NCBI GenBank assembly: GCA_034666465.1
Contig: JAXDLT010000416.1
Coordinates: forward strand, 1 to 57,935
Direction of reading: 5' to 3'
Length of the DNA stretch: 57,935 nucleotides
Source: Chloroflexota bacterium
GTDB lineage: Bacteria; Chloroflexota; Dormibacteria; Aeolococcales; Aeolococcaceae
The notes beneath the pieces were generated by a model. That model ran no database searches and was not told where the DNA came from. It worked only from the letters and a program-made list of their open reading frames with translations. The translations under genes and the position numbers were made by a program. Numbering within the stretch: position 1 is the stretch's first letter; each line of letters begins with the position of its first letter. This document shows, one piece after another, positions 17,844-27,024 of this stretch.

Positions 17844-19781
17844 ATGCGACGCGACAAGGTCATCTCCGCCGCCGACGCCGCGCGGATCGTCGTCGACGGC
17901 GACACGATCGCCACCAGCGGCTTTGTGGGGATCGGCTTCCCCGAAGCTCTGGCGGTGGCGCTCGAGGAGCGATTCCTGGCCACCGGCTCGCCACGCCGGC
18001 TCACGCTGGTCTACGCGGCGGGCCAGGGCGACGGGGGGGAGCGCGGGCTCAACCATCTCGCCCACGAGGGCATGGCGGCCCGCGTCATCGGCGGGCATTG
18101 GGCCCTGGTGCCGAAGCTGGGGGCGATGGCGCGAGCGGAGCGGCTCGAGGCCTACTGCCTGCCGCAGGGGGTGATCTCGCACCTGTTTCGAGAGATCGCC
18201 GCCGGGCGACCTGGACTGGTGACCAACGTCGGTCTGCACACGTTCGTCGACCCCCGCCTGGAGGGCGGGCGCATCAACGGCCGCGCCACTCGCGCCGTGG
18301 TCGAGCGGATCGCCATCGGCGGCGAGGAGTTCCTGTTCTATCCGGCGTTTCCGATCGACGTGGCCCTGGTGCGCGGGACGACCGCCGACCCCGAGGGCAA
18401 CATCACGATGGAGCGGGAGGCGCTCACGCTGGACACGCTGTCGATGGCCCAGGCGGCCAGGAACTCGGACGGCGTGGTCATCGCGCAGGTCGAGCGGGTG
18501 ACGGCGCGGCACAACCGCCGCCCGCACGAGGTCGTGCTGCCCGGGGTGCTCGTCGACGCGGTTGTCGTCGCCCCACCCCACCACCACCAGCAGACCTTTG
18601 CCGAGGACTACAACCCCGCATACGCCGGGGAGGTCGCCCTGCCCGACTCGGCGCTGGCACCGCTGCGGCTGACCCCGCGCAAGGTGATCGCGCGCCGCGC
18701 GGCGATGTCGCTGCGCCTGAACTCGGTCGTGAACCTCGGAATCGGGATCCCCGAGGGCGTCGCGTCCGTGGCCCACGAGGAGGACATCCTCGATTCGATC
18801 ACGCTGACCGTCGAGCCCGGCGGGATCGGCGGCATCCCCGCCGGCGGGCTGAGCTTCGGCGCGGTCGCCAACGCCCAGGCGGTGATCGACCAGGCCCATC
18901 AGTTCGACTTCTACGACGGTGGCGGGCTCGATCAGGCGTTCCTGGGAGCCGCGGAGGTGGACGCCGAGGGCAACGTCAACGTGAGTCGCTTCGGGGACCG
19001 CCTCGCGGGTGCGGGCGGGTTCATCAACATCACGCAGAACGCGCGCTCCCTGTACTTCCTGGGATCGTTCGCGGCCCGCGCCAAGGTCGCCGTCGAGCAC
19101 GGACGCCTGCGGATCGTGCAGGACTCCCGGGCGTTGAAGTTCGTCGATCGGGTGAGGCAGGTGACGTTCAGCGGACCCTACGCGCGCGCCCAGTGCCAGA
19201 GCGTGCACTACATCACCGAGCGCGCCGTGTTCCGCCTCGCCGACGGTGGGCTGGAGTTGATCGAGATCGCGCCGGGCCTCGCCCTCGAGCGCGACGTGCT
19301 GGAGCAGATGGCCTTCCGGCCCACCATCTCGCCCGACCTGCGCGAGATGGATTCCCGCATCTTCCGGGAGGGTCCGATGGAGCTTCGGCGGGCATCGCCC
19401 ATCGCGCTCGAGGACCGTGTCCGCTACGACCCCGAGGAGAACATCGCCTACGTGAACTTCGAGGGCCTCACCCTCGACACCGACGCGGAGGTCGCGCAGC
19501 TTGCCGACTGCCTCGACGAGCGCTTCGCCGCACTGGGACGGCTCGTGCACGTGATCGTCAACTACGACAACTTCGCCCTGGGGCCCGCCGCGACCGAGGC
19601 GTTCTCGGCCATGGTCGCCCGGAACAACGAGCGCTACTTCGCGTCCTCGACCCGCCACTCAACCAATGCCTTCTTCCGTCGCCAGCTCGCAGGCCATCTG
19701 GTGCGAGCGAAGCTCGAGCGCACCGTGTATCGCGATCTCCAGGCCGCGAAGGACGGGCTGCGGCGTGAGCAGGCGCCGTAG
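17844..19781 (+). CDS. acyl-CoA:acetate/3-ketoacid CoA-transferase family protein (YdiF-like) with about 110-aa C-terminal extension
   Basis: The start is [34 protein letters not shown]. Fused alpha/beta CoA-transferase halves with a TVEPGGIGG (ExG) motif. I rejected the N-terminal 112 aa of the ORF track, which overlap the small secreted gene. Confidence 0.85.
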   Translation: MRRDKVISAADAARIVVDGDTIATSGFVGIGFPEALAVALEERFLATGSPRRLTLVYAAGQGDGGERGLNHLAHEGMAARVIGGHWALVPKLGAMARAERLEAYCLPQGVISHLFREIAAGRPGLVTNVGLHTFVDPRLEGGRINGRATRAVVERIAIGGEEFLFYPAFPIDVALVRGTTADPEGNITMEREALTLDTLSMAQAARNSDGVVIAQVERVTARHNRRPHEVVLPGVLVDAVVVAPPHHHQQTFAEDYNPAYAGEVALPDSALAPLRLTPRKVIARRAAMSLRLNSVVNLGIGIPEGVASVAHEEDILDSITLTVEPGGIGGIPAGGLSFGAVANAQAVIDQAHQFDFYDGGGLDQAFLGAAEVDAEGNVNVSRFGDRLAGAGGFINITQNARSLYFLGSFAARAKVAVEHGRLRIVQDSRALKFVDRVRQVTFSGPYARAQCQSVHYITERAVFRLADGGLELIEIAPGLALERDVLEQMAFRPTISPDLREMDSRIFREGPMELRRASPIALEDRVRYDPEENIAYVNFEGLTLDTDAEVAQLADCLDERFAALGRLVHVIVNYDNFALGPAATEAFSAMVARNNERYFASSTRHSTNAFFRRQLAGHLVRAKLERTVYRDLQAAKDGLRREQAP

Positions 19782-19989
19782 AGGGCTTGGGCAACGTCCT
19801 CGATGACTCCTGTCCAGATGTGCAAGAACGCTACGAGGGCGCGTGATGTGGCCATTGGCCGAAGCGGCCATGCTCAACCTGGTCAGACGCCGAGTCGGAG
19901 ACCCGAGCAATCGGTGCCGCCATCCCGGCAGACGCCACCAGGCGCTGTATCACCAGGAAGCCGTATCACCACCCTTCGATTCGGAGAAC

Positions 19990-21396
19990 ATGATGACCGC
20001 CACCCCCATCTCGTCGAACGCAGAATCCGGCACCTGGCCGCAGGTGAACGGCCACGGCTCTGACGTCGGTGCGTGGTTGGACGCCGCGGCGGTCGCCGAG
20101 CTGGCGACCGCGCCCGCCGATGCCGTGGGCGAGGGCGCACGGAAGGCCTTGCTGCCGGTGCTGCCGCACAGCGCGCTGGTGCTGGTGACCCCGGAGTCAC
20201 CCACCTTTCCGGTGCAGATCGCCGCTCCGCAGGGAGCACGTCAGCGGTTGGCCACCATCGATTGGATCCAGATGATCGGTGCCGACCTGCCGGCGAAGAG
20301 CGGTGTGGTGCGACTGGAGCTGCCCGCCGTGGTGGGCGGTCTGCGCGTGGCCGGCTGGATCGCGCGGTCGCCCGGGTTCACGGTTGCACTGATCGTCGGC
20401 GACCGCGCGCGGCTCAGCATCACACCCGGCCAGGAGGAAGCCGCCATGCGTGTGGTCACGCGGGCTGCGGCTCGGGTGCGGGCCATCGACGACGACCCGC
20501 CGCCCCGAACGCTGGCCTTCTCGCATGCCATGAGCCAGGAGCGCGAGCGCATTCGCCTGGAGCTGCGCACTCGACACGCCGCGACGCTGTCATCTCTGCT
20601 GCACACGTTGCGGAGCGCGACGGGAGGGGGAGGCGCGCAGGCGGCGCCACCCGGCGTGGCCAAGGCCATCGACATGGCCTCGCGCGGGCTGCTCGAGCTG
20701 CAGGCCGAGGCCGACGCCAGGGATGCGACTGGTCGCGCTTCGATCGGTGCCGCGTTCGCCGACGTCGTGAAGGAGGTGCGTGGGACGCTGCATTCCGCAC
20801 GGATGCGGCTGGTCGAGGATCTCGACGCCGGCGACGCCGGCGAGGCCGCTCAGCTTCCGTATGCCGTAGCACACGCGGCGCGCCTCGTCACGCGCCTCGC
20901 CGCACTCAACGCGACCCAGCACCCTGGAGCGGACAAATCGCGACTGCTGTGGCGGCTGACCGATGAGGCGCTGATCATCATCGTCGCCGACAACGGCGTC
21001 GGTTACGACGATGCCGCCGAGCGGCTCGAGCGCGAGCTCGCCGGTATCCGCCGCCTGGCCGGCGAGCTGCGCGGCCGGGTCTGCCTGGACTCCAACCCGC
21101 ACTGGGGCACGACCGTCAGCTGTTGCCTTCCGCTGCACGACCGCACCCCCGCACCGGAGACGCCGGCCGCGCGACGCCTGTCCGAGCTGGGCGACCGTGA
21201 GCGCGAGGTGCTCGAACTGATGATGGCGGGGCTGCGCAACCGCGACATCGCCGTACGGTTGTTCATCAGCGAGCGCACCGTCAAGTTTCACGTCTCCAAC
21301 ATCCTCGCCAAGCTCGAGGTCGGATCCCGCACCGAGGCGATCGCTCTCGCGCATCGCGTGGGGGTCCCCGTCGCACCCACCGATGCTGGACGTTGA
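19990..21396 (+). CDS. soluble histidine-kinase-like (HisKA_3 + HATPase_c) protein fused to a LuxR HTH; canonical phospho-His replaced
   Basis: ATG after GGAGA. GAF-like N-terminus, H-box-like ERERIRLELRTRH, N-box-like ALNATQHPGA, DNGVGYDD, GIRRLAGELRGRV, then LSELGDREREVLELMMAGLRNRDIAVRLFISERTVKFHVSNILAKL. Confidence 0.8.
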   Translation: MMTATPISSNAESGTWPQVNGHGSDVGAWLDAAAVAELATAPADAVGEGARKALLPVLPHSALVLVTPESPTFPVQIAAPQGARQRLATIDWIQMIGADLPAKSGVVRLELPAVVGGLRVAGWIARSPGFTVALIVGDRARLSITPGQEEAAMRVVTRAAARVRAIDDDPPPRTLAFSHAMSQERERIRLELRTRHAATLSSLLHTLRSATGGGGAQAAPPGVAKAIDMASRGLLELQAEADARDATGRASIGAAFADVVKEVRGTLHSARMRLVEDLDAGDAGEAAQLPYAVAHAARLVTRLAALNATQHPGADKSRLLWRLTDEALIIIVADNGVGYDDAAERLERELAGIRRLAGELRGRVCLDSNPHWGTTVSCCLPLHDRTPAPETPAARRLSELGDREREVLELMMAGLRNRDIAVRLFISERTVKFHVSNILAKLEVGSRTEAIALAHRVGVPVAPTDAGR

Positions 21397-21784
21397 CGGC
21401 GTGCGGCGAGGGCATGGTGCCGGCGCCCTCGCACGGCGCCATGCCACTGCCGATCGGGGGATTCGCGATGCGGAGGTCGGCGCCGATGCCACCGTCGCCC
21501 GCCGTCGCCAGGCCAGACGCGGGATCAGGGCCATCGACACCGTGCTCGAGGCGGTGGAGCAGCACCACCTGGCTCAGCGTCCGCACCGTGTGCCTCCGCT
21601 CCCCGAGTGGATCGCCTGGTTGGAGCAGGAGGGTGGCCTGTCGATCCCAGCGCACATCCTGGGGCTGAAGAACACGGTGCAGCTGCACGGAGCTCTCCTG
21701 GATTGGCAGGACGAGCTGCTCAGCACCGCGTTGCCCGGGCGGGCGCAGCTCCTCGGCGCAGAAGATGACGGTGACGTCGAGTAG
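21383..21784 (+). CDS. small protein carrying an uncharacterised about 85-aa domain ('X') shared with the N-terminus of 27141..27830
   Basis: High GC3. GIRAIDTVLEAVEQHHL...TVQLHGALLDWQDELL aligns with [17 protein letters not shown]...[16 protein letters not shown]. It overlaps the upstream stop by 14 nt and the LAL start by 20 nt. The start is ATG 21383 or GTG 21401. Confidence 0.55.
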   Translation: MLDVDGVRRGHGAGALARRHATADRGIRDAEVGADATVARRRQARRGIRAIDTVLEAVEQHHLAQRPHRVPPLPEWIAWLEQEGGLSIPAHILGLKNTVQLHGALLDWQDELLSTALPGRAQLLGAEDDGDVE

Positions 21785-24533
21785 CGCCGCCTCTCCATTC
21801 CGGCGTGGGCGCGGGCGAGGGCAGACGAGGCTCGAGGTGGTGGTGGCAACCGGCGGAGCAGCCGGCGGAGGCGATCGTCCCGGGACGCCGGCGGAGCGGG
21901 GTGCGCAGCGGCTGGTGTCGCGCAGGGCGCTGTTCCAGCGTCTGTCGGCGGGTGGATCCGGCGGGGTCACACTGGTCGCCGCGCCTCCCGGCAGCGGCAA
22001 GACCGCGCTGCTGCGGTCGTGGGTCGAGGGCGCGGGGCTGCGCGATCGCGTGGCCTGGGTCTCGGTCGAGCGTGACGAGAGCGATGCGCAGCGGTTCTGG
22101 CTCTCGGTCGTCACCGAGCTGTGCGGCGCCGTCGGTGAGGAGGCGGGCGTCGAGCGGCTGATCCCCACGCCGGACTTCGCGGGAGAGGCGGTGGTTCGCC
22201 GTCTGCTGTCCGACCTCGGTGCCCTCGACGAGCCGGTGGTGCTCGTCATCGACGACCTGCACGAGCTGCGCTCCGCCGAGGCGCTCGCGCAGCTCGAGCT
22301 GCTGCTGAGCGGGCTCCCGCGTGTGCTCCGCGTCGTGCTGGTGACGCGCCACGATCCGCACCTCGGCCTGCATCGCCTGCGCCTGGCCGGCGAGCTCACC
22401 GAGGTGCGCGCGTCCGACCTGCGCTTCACCCTGCAGGAGGCGCGAGAGCTGCTCGCTGCGTCCGGGATCGCGCTGTCGGACAGCGGCCTCGCCATCCTCC
22501 ACGAGCGGACCGAGGGCTGGGCCGCGGGTCTGCGGCTGGCGGCGATCTCGCTGGCGGGGCATCCCGAACCCGAGCGCTTCGTCGCCGAGTTCTCCGGCAG
22601 CGCGCGCACCGTCGGTGACTACCTGCTGGCCGAGGTGCTCGATCGCCAGCCGGACGAGGTGAGGCGCCTGCTCCTCCGCACGTCGGTGCTCGAGCGGGTG
22701 AGCGGCCCGCTCGCCGACGCGCTGACCGGGAGCTCCGGCTCGGAGCGGATCCTCCAGGTGCTGGAGGAGGCGAACGCGTTCGTGGTGTCGCTCGACGCCG
22801 GGCGGTCGTGGTTCCGCTACCACCACCTCTTCGCCGACCTGCTCCGCCTCGAGCTGCGGCGCACCGAGCCCGACGCGGTCGGTGAGCTGCACCGGACCGC
22901 CGCGCGGTGGTACGCGGACCACGGGCACGCCGTCGAAGCGATCCGGCACCTGCAGGCGGCGGAGGACTGGCAGCAGGCCGCCCGCCTGCTCGCCGACCAC
23001 TCCTTCAGCCTCCTCCTCAACGGTCGGGGGGCGACCACCGACGCCCTCCTCCGTGCCTTCCCGGCCGGCACCCTCTCCGCCGACGCGGAGCTGGTCGCGC
23101 TCCACGCCGGCGCCCACCTCGCCAGGGGCTCGTTCGACGAGGCGGCGGCTCACATCGCCCTCGCCGAACGCCGCGCGGCGACGGTGCCCGCCGAGCGGCG
23201 GCTTGGCTTCCACCTCGGGCTGGGGCTCGTGCGGTTGCGGCTCGCCCGCCGTCGCGGCGACGTCAGCTCCGTGCTCGACGAGGTGCAGGCCCTCCTCGAG
23301 CCGTCGGAGGCGCGGACGTCGCATGACATCGCGCTGAGCAACGACCTCCGAGCGGTGGCCCTGATGAATCTCGGCATCGTCGAGCTGTGGTCACTGCGGC
23401 TGGACGACGCGGAGCGCCACCTGGAGGAAGGGCTCCAGCTGGCACGCCGGGTCGGACGGCCATACGTCGAGATCGGCTGTCTTGGCCATCTGGGGGTCAT
23501 CGGCGCCCGGCGGTCGTTTGCCCTGGCGCGCCGGCGCTGCGAGGAGGCGGTCGCCCTCGCCGAGGCACGGGGATGGGAGGCCGATCCCATCGCCGCCATC
23601 GCACTGGCGCAGCTCGGCGACACCATGGTCTGGGCAGGGCGGTTCGGCGAGGCCGAGCACTGGCTCGATCGCGCAGAGCGGGCCTGTGGAGCGGAGGCGG
23701 AGCCGGCGACCGGGCTGCTGCTCCGCCAGGCGAGGGGGATGCTGCATGCCGGTGAGGGCAGGCTCGACCAGGCGGTGGCCGCGTTCCGCGCCGCCGAGGA
23801 GATGCAGCGGCTGCTCGTCACCCGGCACGCCGCCGCGCGGCAGGTGCGGAGCTTCCTGCTGCAGACGCAGGTGCGCCTGGGCGAGACCGCGGCCGTCCGC
23901 TCGTCGCTCACCGCGATGGGGGAGGAGGAGCGTCGCTGGGCCGAGTCCTGCGCCGCCCTGGCCGCCGTGTGCCTCGCCGAGGGCAGCCCCCGGGCGGCGG
24001 TGGACGCCCTGACGCCGGTTCTCGACGGCTCGGCCGCCGGTCTTCACGCCACCTCGGCGGTCCAGGCGCTCCTCCTCGGCGCCATCGCACGCGACCGGCT
24101 CGGTGACGCGCCGGCCGCGGAGGCGGCGGTGGAGGGTGCCCTCGAGCTCGCCGAGCCGGACGGGCTCATGCTGCCCTTCGCCATGACCCCCATCGGTCAC
24201 CTGCTCGAGCGCCACCCACGGCACCGCACCGCTCACGCCGCCCTCCTGTCGGACATCCTCGACATGCTCGCCGGCTCCTCGTCGCGGCGGCGTGGCGGGG
24301 AGACGGCGCCGGAGTGGGAGCCGCTCACCGACGGGGAGCTGCGCGTGCTCCGATACCTGCCGAGCAGTCTGTCTGCGCAGGAGATCGGGTCCGAGCTCTA
24401 CGTCTCCCTCAACACCGTCAAGACGCACACGCGCCGCATCTACGAGAAGCTCGCCGTACACCGCCGCACCGCCGCGGTCGCGCGGGCCCGGGAGCTCGGA
24501 CTGCTGGCGCCGTCCTCCTCCCGGCGACGCTGA
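21765..24533 (+). CDS. LuxR-family large ATP-binding regulator (LAL / MalT-like)
   Basis: Walker A APPGSGKTALL, Walker B VLVIDDLHEL, a long TPR-like helical region, and C-terminal LTDGELRVLRYLPSSLSAQEIGSELYVSLNTVKTHTRRIYEKL. Confidence 0.9.
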   Translation: MTVTSSSAASPFRRGRGRGQTRLEVVVATGGAAGGGDRPGTPAERGAQRLVSRRALFQRLSAGGSGGVTLVAAPPGSGKTALLRSWVEGAGLRDRVAWVSVERDESDAQRFWLSVVTELCGAVGEEAGVERLIPTPDFAGEAVVRRLLSDLGALDEPVVLVIDDLHELRSAEALAQLELLLSGLPRVLRVVLVTRHDPHLGLHRLRLAGELTEVRASDLRFTLQEARELLAASGIALSDSGLAILHERTEGWAAGLRLAAISLAGHPEPERFVAEFSGSARTVGDYLLAEVLDRQPDEVRRLLLRTSVLERVSGPLADALTGSSGSERILQVLEEANAFVVSLDAGRSWFRYHHLFADLLRLELRRTEPDAVGELHRTAARWYADHGHAVEAIRHLQAAEDWQQAARLLADHSFSLLLNGRGATTDALLRAFPAGTLSADAELVALHAGAHLARGSFDEAAAHIALAERRAATVPAERRLGFHLGLGLVRLRLARRRGDVSSVLDEVQALLEPSEARTSHDIALSNDLRAVALMNLGIVELWSLRLDDAERHLEEGLQLARRVGRPYVEIGCLGHLGVIGARRSFALARRRCEEAVALAEARGWEADPIAAIALAQLGDTMVWAGRFGEAEHWLDRAERACGAEAEPATGLLLRQARGMLHAGEGRLDQAVAAFRAAEEMQRLLVTRHAAARQVRSFLLQTQVRLGETAAVRSSLTAMGEEERRWAESCAALAAVCLAEGSPRAAVDALTPVLDGSAAGLHATSAVQALLLGAIARDRLGDAPAAEAAVEGALELAEPDGLMLPFAMTPIGHLLERHPRHRTAHAALLSDILDMLAGSSSRRRGGETAPEWEPLTDGELRVLRYLPSSLSAQEIGSELYVSLNTVKTHTRRIYEKLAVHRRTAAVARARELGLLAPSSSRRR

Positions 24534-24650
24534 GGGGCGACGCTCACACGATCCGGGTGATGCGCTCTCACGCTCACGCCGTCGACACTGACGACACGGG
24601 CACTCAGGTGTGAGGGGGGCGAGCACTCACCGCCCGCGTCGGAGGCCGAG

Positions 24651-25901
24651 ATGGCACAGGATCGGTGCGACCTGCGCGACGCACTCGACGAGCTGCGGTC
24701 GACCGGGCACACGAGCGCCACGGTCCGGCCCGAGATCGCTGCCTCCTGGCGCCGGTCGATGGCCGTCGACCTTCGGCCGGACCGACTCGAGGTCCCCTAC
24801 GAGCCGCGGTCGCACGCCGCCGACCGTCTCGATCGTGCCGCCCGGCCGGTCCTGGACCGTCTGGTCGAGGACCTCGAGTCCACATCGATGGCCCTCCTGC
24901 TCTCCGACCGGCGCGGCCACATCCTCGATCGAAGGATCCGCGACAGAATGCTGCGAGCCCGCCTCGACAGGGTCATGCTGGCTCCCGGTTTCTGCTACCA
25001 GGAGAGCCACGTCGGCACCAACGCCATCGGCACAGCGCTCGAGCAGCGGGCACCATGCAGGGTCGTGGGCACGGAACACTTCGACGATGCGCTCACCCGA
25101 CTGGCCTGCGCCGCAGCCCCCATCGTCGACCCCACCACGGCGTCGCTCCTCGGCGTGATCGACCTGACGTGCTCCGTGGAGGAGTCGCACCCGCTGATGC
25201 TCGCCGTGGCCAAGCGGTCCGCCCGCGACATCGAACAACGCCTCGTCAGCGCGAACCCGGCCGGTGACCGTGTCCTTCTCGAATGCTTCCTGCGCGCCCG
25301 GCGTGGTGCCCGCGGAGCCGCCCTGGTGGGCCTCAACGGGCAGGCGATGTACACGAACGCCCCGGCGGTCAAGATCCTGCACGACATGGATCGTGCCCTG
25401 CTGTGGGACCTCGTCTCGCCGGCGCTGTTCGAGCGGCAGCGCGCTGCGCTCGAGCTGCCGGTGCCGGCTGGAGGCTCGAGCTTCGTGTCCTGCGAAACTG
25501 TCGCCGACGGCGGCGACGTGATCGGGGCGCTGCTGCGCTTCCTGCCCCAGCCCGTGGCCGCGGACGCCCACCCCGCCGCTCCTGAACCACGGCGTCCCCG
25601 TCCGGCGCTGGGGTGGGAGAGCCTCACCGAGACCGAGCGCAGCGTCGCAGAGCTCGCGAGCGAGGGACGCACCAATCGCGAGATCGCCGTCTCGACCTTC
25701 CTGTCTCCCCACACGGTTGGCTACCACCTCCGCCACATCTTCAGCAAGCTCGGCGTGGATTCCCGCGTCGAACTGACCCGTCTCGTCGTCCAGCGGGGGC
25801 GAGAAGCCGGCAGGGTCACACCAGCGCACCAGGTGCTCAGCCAGTCTCATCCCGACGTCATCGACCCCGGAGGACTGCTGGCGCGCGTGATGTCCGGCTG
25901 A
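24651..25901 (+). CDS. GAF-domain / LuxR-HTH transcriptional regulator, copy 2
   Basis: Collinear with 10974..12143 and identical at most positions (MAQDRCDLRDALDELRSTG..., LuxR HTH LTETERSVAELASEGRTNREIAVSTFLSPHTVGYHLRHIFSKLG). The C-terminal tail is divergent. Confidence 0.85.
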   Translation: MAQDRCDLRDALDELRSTGHTSATVRPEIAASWRRSMAVDLRPDRLEVPYEPRSHAADRLDRAARPVLDRLVEDLESTSMALLLSDRRGHILDRRIRDRMLRARLDRVMLAPGFCYQESHVGTNAIGTALEQRAPCRVVGTEHFDDALTRLACAAAPIVDPTTASLLGVIDLTCSVEESHPLMLAVAKRSARDIEQRLVSANPAGDRVLLECFLRARRGARGAALVGLNGQAMYTNAPAVKILHDMDRALLWDLVSPALFERQRAALELPVPAGGSSFVSCETVADGGDVIGALLRFLPQPVAADAHPAAPEPRRPRPALGWESLTETERSVAELASEGRTNREIAVSTFLSPHTVGYHLRHIFSKLGVDSRVELTRLVVQRGREAGRVTPAHQVLSQSHPDVIDPGGLLARVMSG

Positions 25902-25956
25902 CATCCGGCCCACCCATGAGACCGCTGCCGATCATCTCGAACTAGAGCGCCGCGCC

Positions 25957-26007
25957 CCGAAGTTAGTCCGTTCTGTCGATGACGTACTGGGCGATGGAGT
26001 CTAGCGT
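25957..26007 (+). promoter_or_regulatory. conserved promoter-like module, copy B
   Basis: CCGAAGTTAGTCCGTTCTGTCGATGAC-n18-TAGCGT, about 70 nt upstream of the 51-aa gene copy 2. Confidence 0.4.
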
Positions 26008-26078
26008 TGGTGGGAGCGGTGAGCGCATGTTCGTTCGCACGAAGACCGGTGTGAAAGTGGTCAGGAGACATCCGCCGA

Positions 26079-26234
26079 ATGTTCGCCATCCTCGAATCAC
26101 CCGATGGCCCGGCCCTCTGCGTGGGCTACCGCACCCTCTCCGCCGCCGTCGCCGCCCTCGACCGGCTGCGCGCGACCGGCACCGCATACCACACGCACAT
26201 CGTCGTGGAAACCCCCTCGGAGGAGACACCGTGA
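26079..26234 (+). CDS. 51-aa hypothetical protein, copy 2
   Basis: MFAILESPDGPALCVGYRTLSAAVAALDRLRATGTAYHTHIVVETPSEETP. SD GGAGA upstream. ORF preserved relative to copy 1. Confidence 0.55.
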   Translation: MFAILESPDGPALCVGYRTLSAAVAALDRLRATGTAYHTHIVVETPSEETP

Positions 26235-26521
26235 GCGCCACCGCCACCCTGCCACACTCCGACCGGTTGATGACCCGGGAGGGACCGCCGGCGGGGTCGG
26301 CCGCGGACGTCGAGCTCGCGGTGGAGCATCTCGCCTCGCTGATGGCCGATACCCACGGCGATCAGCTGTCGGCGCTCGAGGCGGTCGCTCGCGCCGCCAC
26401 CCGTCTTGCCCGCGCGCACCGTCGCGAGGTGCCTCTCGAGGAGGACCGCCCTGTCGTGATGGTGGGGGCGTGGTCGCTCGACAACGGGATGCTGCCGCAC
26501 ATCGTGCTCGGCGAGAACTAG
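26231..26521 (+). CDS. 96-aa hypothetical protein, copy 2
   Basis: GTG start in the GTGA overlap. VSATATLPHSDRLMTREGPPAGSAADVELAVEHLASLMADTHG... is collinear with 9077..9367. Confidence 0.65.
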   Translation: MSATATLPHSDRLMTREGPPAGSAADVELAVEHLASLMADTHGDQLSALEAVARAATRLARAHRREVPLEEDRPVVMVGAWSLDNGMLPHIVLGEN

Positions 26522-26543
26522 TCGACCGGCCCGGCCGGAGCTC

Positions 26544-26568
26544 GTGACCCGTCAGGCGTGCGGGTCAC
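26544..26568. terminator. 8-bp stem / 9-nt loop hairpin between convergent genes
   Basis: GTGACCCG-tcaggcgtg-CGGGTCAC. It overlaps the stop of the zinc-ribbon gene. Weak call. Confidence 0.3.
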
Positions 26569-26888
26569 GGCTCGCCGTCGAGGTGGGTGAGGATCACCTG
26601 CGCCTTGACCAGGGCGGCATAGACGTCGTGAAGCCCGGCGTCCGCCGCCGCCTCCCGTGCCGCCTCGATCTCGGCAAGCGCGCGGTCGAGTCGGTCGGGG
26701 GAGTCGCCGCGCACCATGTACGAGCACTCGCGGCAGCGACCGGTGCTGTCGAGCTCGAGGCAGCGCCCGCACCGAAGGCACCACGCATCGTCGCCCGTGC
26801 GCGTCAGCACGGTCAGCGTGACGCCACCTCCTGCGCTGCTCGACGCGCGTCGCAGTGCCCGGGTGGTCAAGGCTCGCGACGTCGGCAT
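26565..26888 (-). CDS. 107-aa zinc-ribbon-like protein (CxxC...CxxC)
   Basis: ATG at 26888 after GGAGGAG. WCLRCGRCLELDSTGRCRECSYM followed by a helical tail. No family recognised. Confidence 0.55.
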   Translation of the reverse strand: MPTSRALTTRALRRASSSAGGGVTLTVLTRTGDDAWCLRCGRCLELDSTGRCRECSYMVRGDSPDRLDRALAEIEAAREAAADAGLHDVYAALVKAQVILTHLDGEP

Positions 26889-26973
26889 ACCATCTCCTCC
26901 ATTCCCCACACCCTTCCTGAGGCGCGGGGAGACCGGTTGAGGAGCGACCAGTGACAGGGTCGCGCTGGAGTAC

Positions 26974-27024
26974 AGGGTAGGTGCCCCGGTCCAGAGTGTC
27001 ATCGACAGAAGCGGCTACCTTGGG
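26974..27024 (-). promoter_or_regulatory. conserved promoter-like module, copy C (minus strand)
   Basis: The minus strand reads CCCAAGGTAGCCGCTTCTGTCGATGAC-n18-TACCCT, about 85 nt upstream of the zinc-ribbon gene start. Confidence 0.4.

Larger units (their letters stand above)
26063..26521 (+). repeat. dispersed direct repeat, copy 2 (partner 8910..9367)
   Basis: See copy 1. Same gene pair, same GTGA overlap. Confidence 0.85.

Noticed and set aside
8700-26521. The duplicated GAF-LuxR / small-gene modules as part of a transposon or other mobile element.
   Set aside because: No transposase, integrase or recombinase ORF and no recognisable terminal inverted repeats or target-site duplications flank either copy. 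Gene order differs between the copies. I treat it as an ancient segmental duplication plus rearrangement.
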